From: Licmophora abbreviata
Taxonomy: Eukaryota
Assembly (NCBI GenBank): GCA_900291995.1
Contig: OLMU01003345.1
Coordinates: 1 to 64,000, forward strand
Length of the DNA: 64,000 nucleotides
Direction: 5' to 3'
Shown here: piece after piece, positions 59,508 through 64,000 of the stretch
Layout: every line of letters starts with the position of its first letter
Numbering within the stretch: position 1 is the first letter of the stretch
Position numbers and translations under genes: made by a program
Notes under the pieces: generated by a model
Seen by the model: the letters and a program-made list of their open reading frames with translations, nothing else
Told to the model about the DNA's origin: nothing
The model's database searches: none

Positions 59508-60093
59508 AGGAAGACGAGAAAATTGGAATTCTTCTAGAATAGTGGGAGAAGTCCACATCTGGCCGAAATGGATAGATCATTCATGCTCTATGAGCCAAGC
59601 AACAGGATGCATGCATGATTGCGGGGGATGCTTGGCTCGCCAAATTGTACAGGCAGAGAGCGTACTTGGTATGCAAAATGATCCGAGGAGAATTAAGCAC
59701 TGGAAAGATTGATGAAAAGGGAGGGATTGCTAATAGCATAAAAAATTGCATGCCCACGTACTAAGACGCTCCATCTCCCCACTGAGATGCTCGACCCACA
59801 CTCGACTGGCGTTTATGGCCACACCGGTAGCCCACGACCACGACACAAGCATGTGTCGCTCGTCGCCATACCTAAAAGCACCGCACTCCCTCTAGAGCAA
59901 TGTCAAATGGCATCAAACTCTGGAACAAAGATAAAGCAATCGAGAAGATAACGCTCCGTCAGAATCTAGACACGACATATGGCCTTCACTGTCTCCCTCT
60001 CTCCTTTCGTTTTATTGAATTGGCCTCATATATGGGTTGGTGATATTGGTCGGTCAGACCATGGTCCTCAGCGCTTGTAGTTGATTCGCAAAA

Positions 60094-60166
60094 GGTGGAC
60101 CGTGCAGACTAGACCTCCTTTCGGAGTCTCCTGCCCGCCTCGCGGCGTTGGTCCGACCTGTCGGAC
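60094..60166 (-). other. Structured RNA element (three-way junction with GCGA and GAAA tetraloops) in a putative SmF 3'-UTR intron
   Basis: Minus-strand pairings GGACC/GGUCC, CGCC-GCGA-GGCG and GCAG..CUCC-GAAA-GGAG..CUGC; competing hairpin GUCCGAC/GUCGGAC. Confidence 0.45.
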
Positions 60167-60268
60167 GCTCTAAAATGTTTACTCCTTGGCCAATCGAAAA
60201 CAAAGATGAAGAAGACGGCATTTGCTTTAGCTTACCTTGAAAATCTTCGATTCATGCCATATCTCCGA

Positions 60269-60617
60269 CTAGGACTCTTGCATCGCTTCATCCCCTCCTT
60301 CGACTGCTGCTGCCTTGATGTAGAGAACGTTGTTGCATCGAATTAACACTTCTCCCAGAAAGCCCGCGAACTGCCCATCTATAAACTCTTCCGTCTTATT
60401 CAACAAGAGATTCATGTATGCATCGGAACTAGCCAATGTTCCCTGGTACTCCATACCCCACTTAAGCTTGACGCGGACCGTCTTTCCCGTCAAGTCTGCC
60501 AGGAAGGGCTTGGGATTGACAATCAAGGACTGCAGTGTATTGGCGACGAGGAGAAGTTCAGTATAATGAAGAGCGGCAGCATACAACACCTCCGACATAT
60601 ATCGAACAACGTACCAT
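60269..60617 (-). CDS. SNRPF: Small nuclear ribonucleoprotein F (SmF)
   Basis: Coding part of exon 1 is the ATG alone (60617-60615). Intron 60614-60530 (GTACGT..CAG). Exon 2 encodes [43 protein letters not shown]. Confidence 0.93.
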
Positions 60618-61015
60618 GGAAACGGACAGTTCAACGAATCAAGGGTATCCAGAGATAACAAGAGTCAGTCAACACCAAGCTGCAGGTATGTCCTTCGCAA
60701 CACAACAGCTTTTTGTGTGGTGGCGTCGTCCCACACCCCGCATTGAACGGTGGACAGCAAATCATTGTATTTCGAAACATTGTGACTCCTGATTCCATTG
60801 AACGTTCCAACAATGAAAATGTCTCTTGTTCCCAGTGGATTTGTGGATTTATGTAATTATGGAGCAGCAATAAGTATATTTGGCCCAGAGGTCATAGATT
60901 TGGTGATGAGGTGCACTTCATCACATAATTGCCAAGGATCTCTGGCAGCATCTCAAAAAGGACACGGTGCAGCGTCCTGTCTTGACCACATCATGTTCAC
61001 AATAATTGAACAACC

Positions 61016-64000
61016 ATGACAAGAATACGAAGAGAGAGCTTAGTGTTCCTGCTGTGGTTTGCGCTGTGCGTGCTGGAATCGCTGTCGGAACAAGAACGAC
61101 TACGAGGCTCGAGGCGCCGGAGCACTTCACAAGATGAAGCGATTGCGCTGGAGTCTGTGACACACAGTGACACTACGACTGCGACCAACCAGAAGGATCT
61201 TCTGACGACCTTGAACGTGATAAATCGAAGGGAGAATCATGATTTGGAAATAGACGAGGAGGGGGTCGAGGCTCAAGGACCACACGAACGAGATCACAAT
61301 TTCTTTCAAAACAGATCACAGCTTAACCACGAGAGAAGTTTCGCGGCGGACGATGACCATGATTCAGATTACAGCAAAGAAACTAGAGCGACTCGAGGCG
61401 ATGAGGCCTTTGTCTCTGCAGACTGTGGCTGGGGATACATAGAAAAGAATCGAGTTTTACAGATAGCTTCTGACCCAGTTGAAACGAGCGTCGATGGCGA
61501 ACGAGCATCCATTCGACAGAGTCATCACGAAGACCAAGAAAGAAAACAGAGGCACAATGTGGACACAAAACAAGCAGAAAGGAAGTGGCACGGCGTCGGT
61601 GACAGTTCTCCTCGCAACGCCTTTGATCGAGTAAAAGGCACAGCAAGAGATAGCAGGACGAGAGTCAAGGCAGGTAGTAGCGAGGGCATCGCACGATACG
61701 GGGGCAGCGGAGGCAAGAAGGGAAGCAGCAGCAGCAAAGGGAAAGGCAAGAAGAGTAGCAAGGGCAAAGGCGGCAAGAAGAGCAGTAAGCAAACTCCTGC
61801 ACCTGCTCCCATCACAACACCAGCGCCCGTTGTTTTTCTCAACAATCCTACCAGGAGCCCGACAAAGTTTCCAACGGTGGCTCCAACTTCCACGGCGCCT
61901 ATTGGATCACCTGTGAATCCTCTCCCGCCAATTGCCTTCTCTCCCACCGTCGCTCCATCAATGGCTACAACCGGATGTGCCTACCGCCGGGCCGAGCAGC
62001 GCCCCAAGTTCAAGTCCCACCACCAGCATACACCCTAGTGCAAGTCCCAGCATCAAGCCAACGGTTTCACAAGAACCAAGTATTTCAATCATGCCAAGTG
62101 CTCAGCCCTCTTTGAGTTCCTCTCCAAGTGAATCTGTGGCCCCTTCTGAGTCCCCATCGATCAGCCGGTCGCCTAGTAATGTGCCTACCGCCCGGCCGAG
62201 CAGCACCCCGAGTTCAAGTCCCACCACCAGCATAAGCCCTAGTACCAGTCCCAGCGCGATACCGACCTTTTCACAAGAGCCGAGTATCTCGATAATGCCG
62301 AGCGCTCAGCCCTCTTCGAGCTTCTCCCCAAGCGTGTCAGCGGTCCCTTCCGATTCCCCATCGATCAGCCAGTCGCCTAGTGATGTACCCACTGCCCAGC
62401 CGAGCAGCGCCCCAAGTGCAAGTCCCACCACCAGCATAAGCCCTAGTACCAGTCCCAGCGCGATACCGACCTTTTCACAAGAGCCGAGTATCTCGATAAT
62501 GCCGAGCGCTCAACCCTCTTCGAGCTTCTCTCCAAGTATGTCCGTTTCGCCTTCCGAGTCCCCGTCGATCAGCCAGTCACCTAGTGATGCGCCCACCGCC
62601 GGACCAAGCAGCGCACCAAGCGCAAGTCCAACTAGCAGCGCATACCCTAGTACCAGCCCTAGCGTCACGCCAACGCTTTCACAAGAGCCGAGTATCTCAA
62701 CTCTGCCGAGCGCAAGGCCCTCTTCGAGCTCCTCGCCGAGTGCGTTGGTCTCGCCTTCTGAGTCCCCGTCGATCAGCCAGTTGCCTAGTGGCGCACCCAG
62801 CGTGGGACCAACGGACAGTACACGACCGAGCATATCGCCGAGTGACAGCCCATCTGCTAGCTCTTCCCCAAGTTTCACACCAAGTGTCCCCCCATCCGTG
62901 AGCTTGATTCCAAGTGACTTGCCATCTTTGTCCTTCAGCCCGAGCGACTCAAGATCCCCGAGTTCTTTCCCATCTGTTTGCTCGATGCCGTCTAGATCGA
63001 CAGGACCTTCGATGAGTCCCAGTCAGTCGACTAGGCCATCAAGCCATCCATCGGTTCCCCCCAGCAAGACGCCATCACTGGTACCATCCTCTGCACCGAG
63101 CAACAGCAGTGAGCCCTCAATATTGGTTAAACCATCGCTTTCATCAGCACCTTCCATGGAACCTTCAATGATGCAGCAGCCCTCGGTCTGCTCGGTTCCG
63201 TCCTTGTCGGCGACTCCCAGCGTTAGCTCTGAGCCATCTATGACCACTGAGCTGTCAATTTCAGCGGCCCCGTCGTCTGAGCCTTCAACGACACCGATGC
63301 CCTCCCTTTCCTTCGCACCGTCCACTGTGCCCAGCGCTAGCAACAGGCCCTCGAGGTCAAGCAAACCATCTGGAAGCTCGAAGCCATCCATCAGTCCCAG
63401 CAGTAGCACCAAACCTTCCATGACACAAGAACCATCCATATCGTCAATCCCTTTGTCAGAGCCTTCCATGACTCAGCAGCCCTCGACATCCAGCAGCCCT
63501 TCAGTGTCCTCAATGCCAAGCCTGAGCACAGAGCCTTCTGTGACTCGAGAGCCATCGATGTCAGCAGTTCCCTCATCTGAGCCCTCAATGACGCAACAAC
63601 CTTCAGTTTCTTCTGCACCGTCATCTGTTCCTAGCAGCAGCGTCGCACCTTCAAGATCAAGCACTCCATCAGGTTCTTCGGTGCCGTCATCGATTCCGAC
63701 TACAAGTAACGAGCCTTCAATGACGCAAGAGCCCTCGTTTTCCTCGTTGCCGTCAACGAGCAGCAGCACCGCACCCTCTCAATCGAGCAAGCCATCAATG
63801 CCCTCAATGCCGTCATCGACTCCGACTACAAGTACCGAGCCTTCAATGACTCAGGAGCCCTCAATGTCAGCGGTGCCTTCATCTGAGCTTTCAATGACGC
63901 AGCAACCCTCAGTTTCCTCTGCACCGTCATCCGTACCAAGCACAACCATTGCACCCTCAAAATCGAGCAAGCCATCAATGTCATCAATGTCATCAATGTC
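61016..64000 (+). CDS. Secreted Lys-cluster + mucin-like Pro/Ser/Thr repeat protein (frameshift at ~61973; runs off the window)
   Basis: Signal peptide, RLRG/RVL motifs, KGKGKKSSKGKGGKKSSK, then PTxxP. The repeat frame (DVPTAGPSSAPS...) starts at 61974, +1 relative to the 61016 frame, and appears open to the window end. Confidence 0.75.
61974..62789 (+). repeat. 204-bp (68-codon) tandem repeat, 4 copies, followed by degenerate EPSMTQ/QQPS repeats to the window end
   Basis: Units start at 61974, 62178, 62382 and 62586 (gatgtgcctacc / aatgtgcctacc / gatgtacccact / gatgcgcccacc). Confidence 0.9.

Noticed and set aside
60040..60170. TPP riboswitch, hammerhead, SRP RNA or U snRNA identity for the structured element
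   Set aside because: Diagnostic motifs are absent: no CUGAGA...ACCUGA, no CUGANGA/GAAA core in the right geometry, no CAGG..GNRA..AGCA helix 8, no U1/U2/U5 signatures.
61974..62789. CRISPR-like or transposon-derived array
   Set aside because: The units are contiguous 204-bp codon-preserving repeats without spacers. I recognised no cas, transposase or reverse transcriptase motifs anywhere in the window.
62510..63769. Minus-strand Gly/Asp/Leu-rich ORFs (62510-62878, 63023-63469, 63473-63769)
   Set aside because: Antisense shadows of the Pro/Ser/Thr repeat frame on the plus strand.

Overview
Gene-dense, intron-containing eukaryotic DNA, most likely a diatom nuclear chromosome. Evidence: short ~70-130 nt GT-AG introns, signal peptide + 'AFAP' plastid-targeting presequences, and silaffin-like KxxK proteins. 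I can support about 33 protein-coding loci. Recognisable ones: SOUL haem-binding protein, class II HDAC, proteasome alpha6 and beta2, SAGA Spt3-like, UTP10/HEATR1, RluA-type pseudouridine synthase, Popeye/cNMP protein, lipoate ligase, a large PLU-1/PHD protein, TBC-TLDc, UBAC2-like, two trypsin paralogues, R3H/SUZ, kish and SmF. The ORF track misses four things. (1) A selenoprotein H gene whose in-frame TGA forms a CxxU motif, followed by a 3'-UTR SECIS-like hairpin with a non-canonical GAGA apical loop. (2) A probable intron in the SmF 3' UTR containing a GNRA-capped three-way junction and a competing hairpin. (3) A multiply frameshifted GPCR pseudogene. (4) A long Pro/Ser/Thr repeat protein with a frameshift at the edge of its repeat array. 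There is also a tail-to-tail duplicated plastid membrane protein pair with a perfectly identical 150-bp tract. All calls come from motif recognition and hand splicing; no database searches were run.
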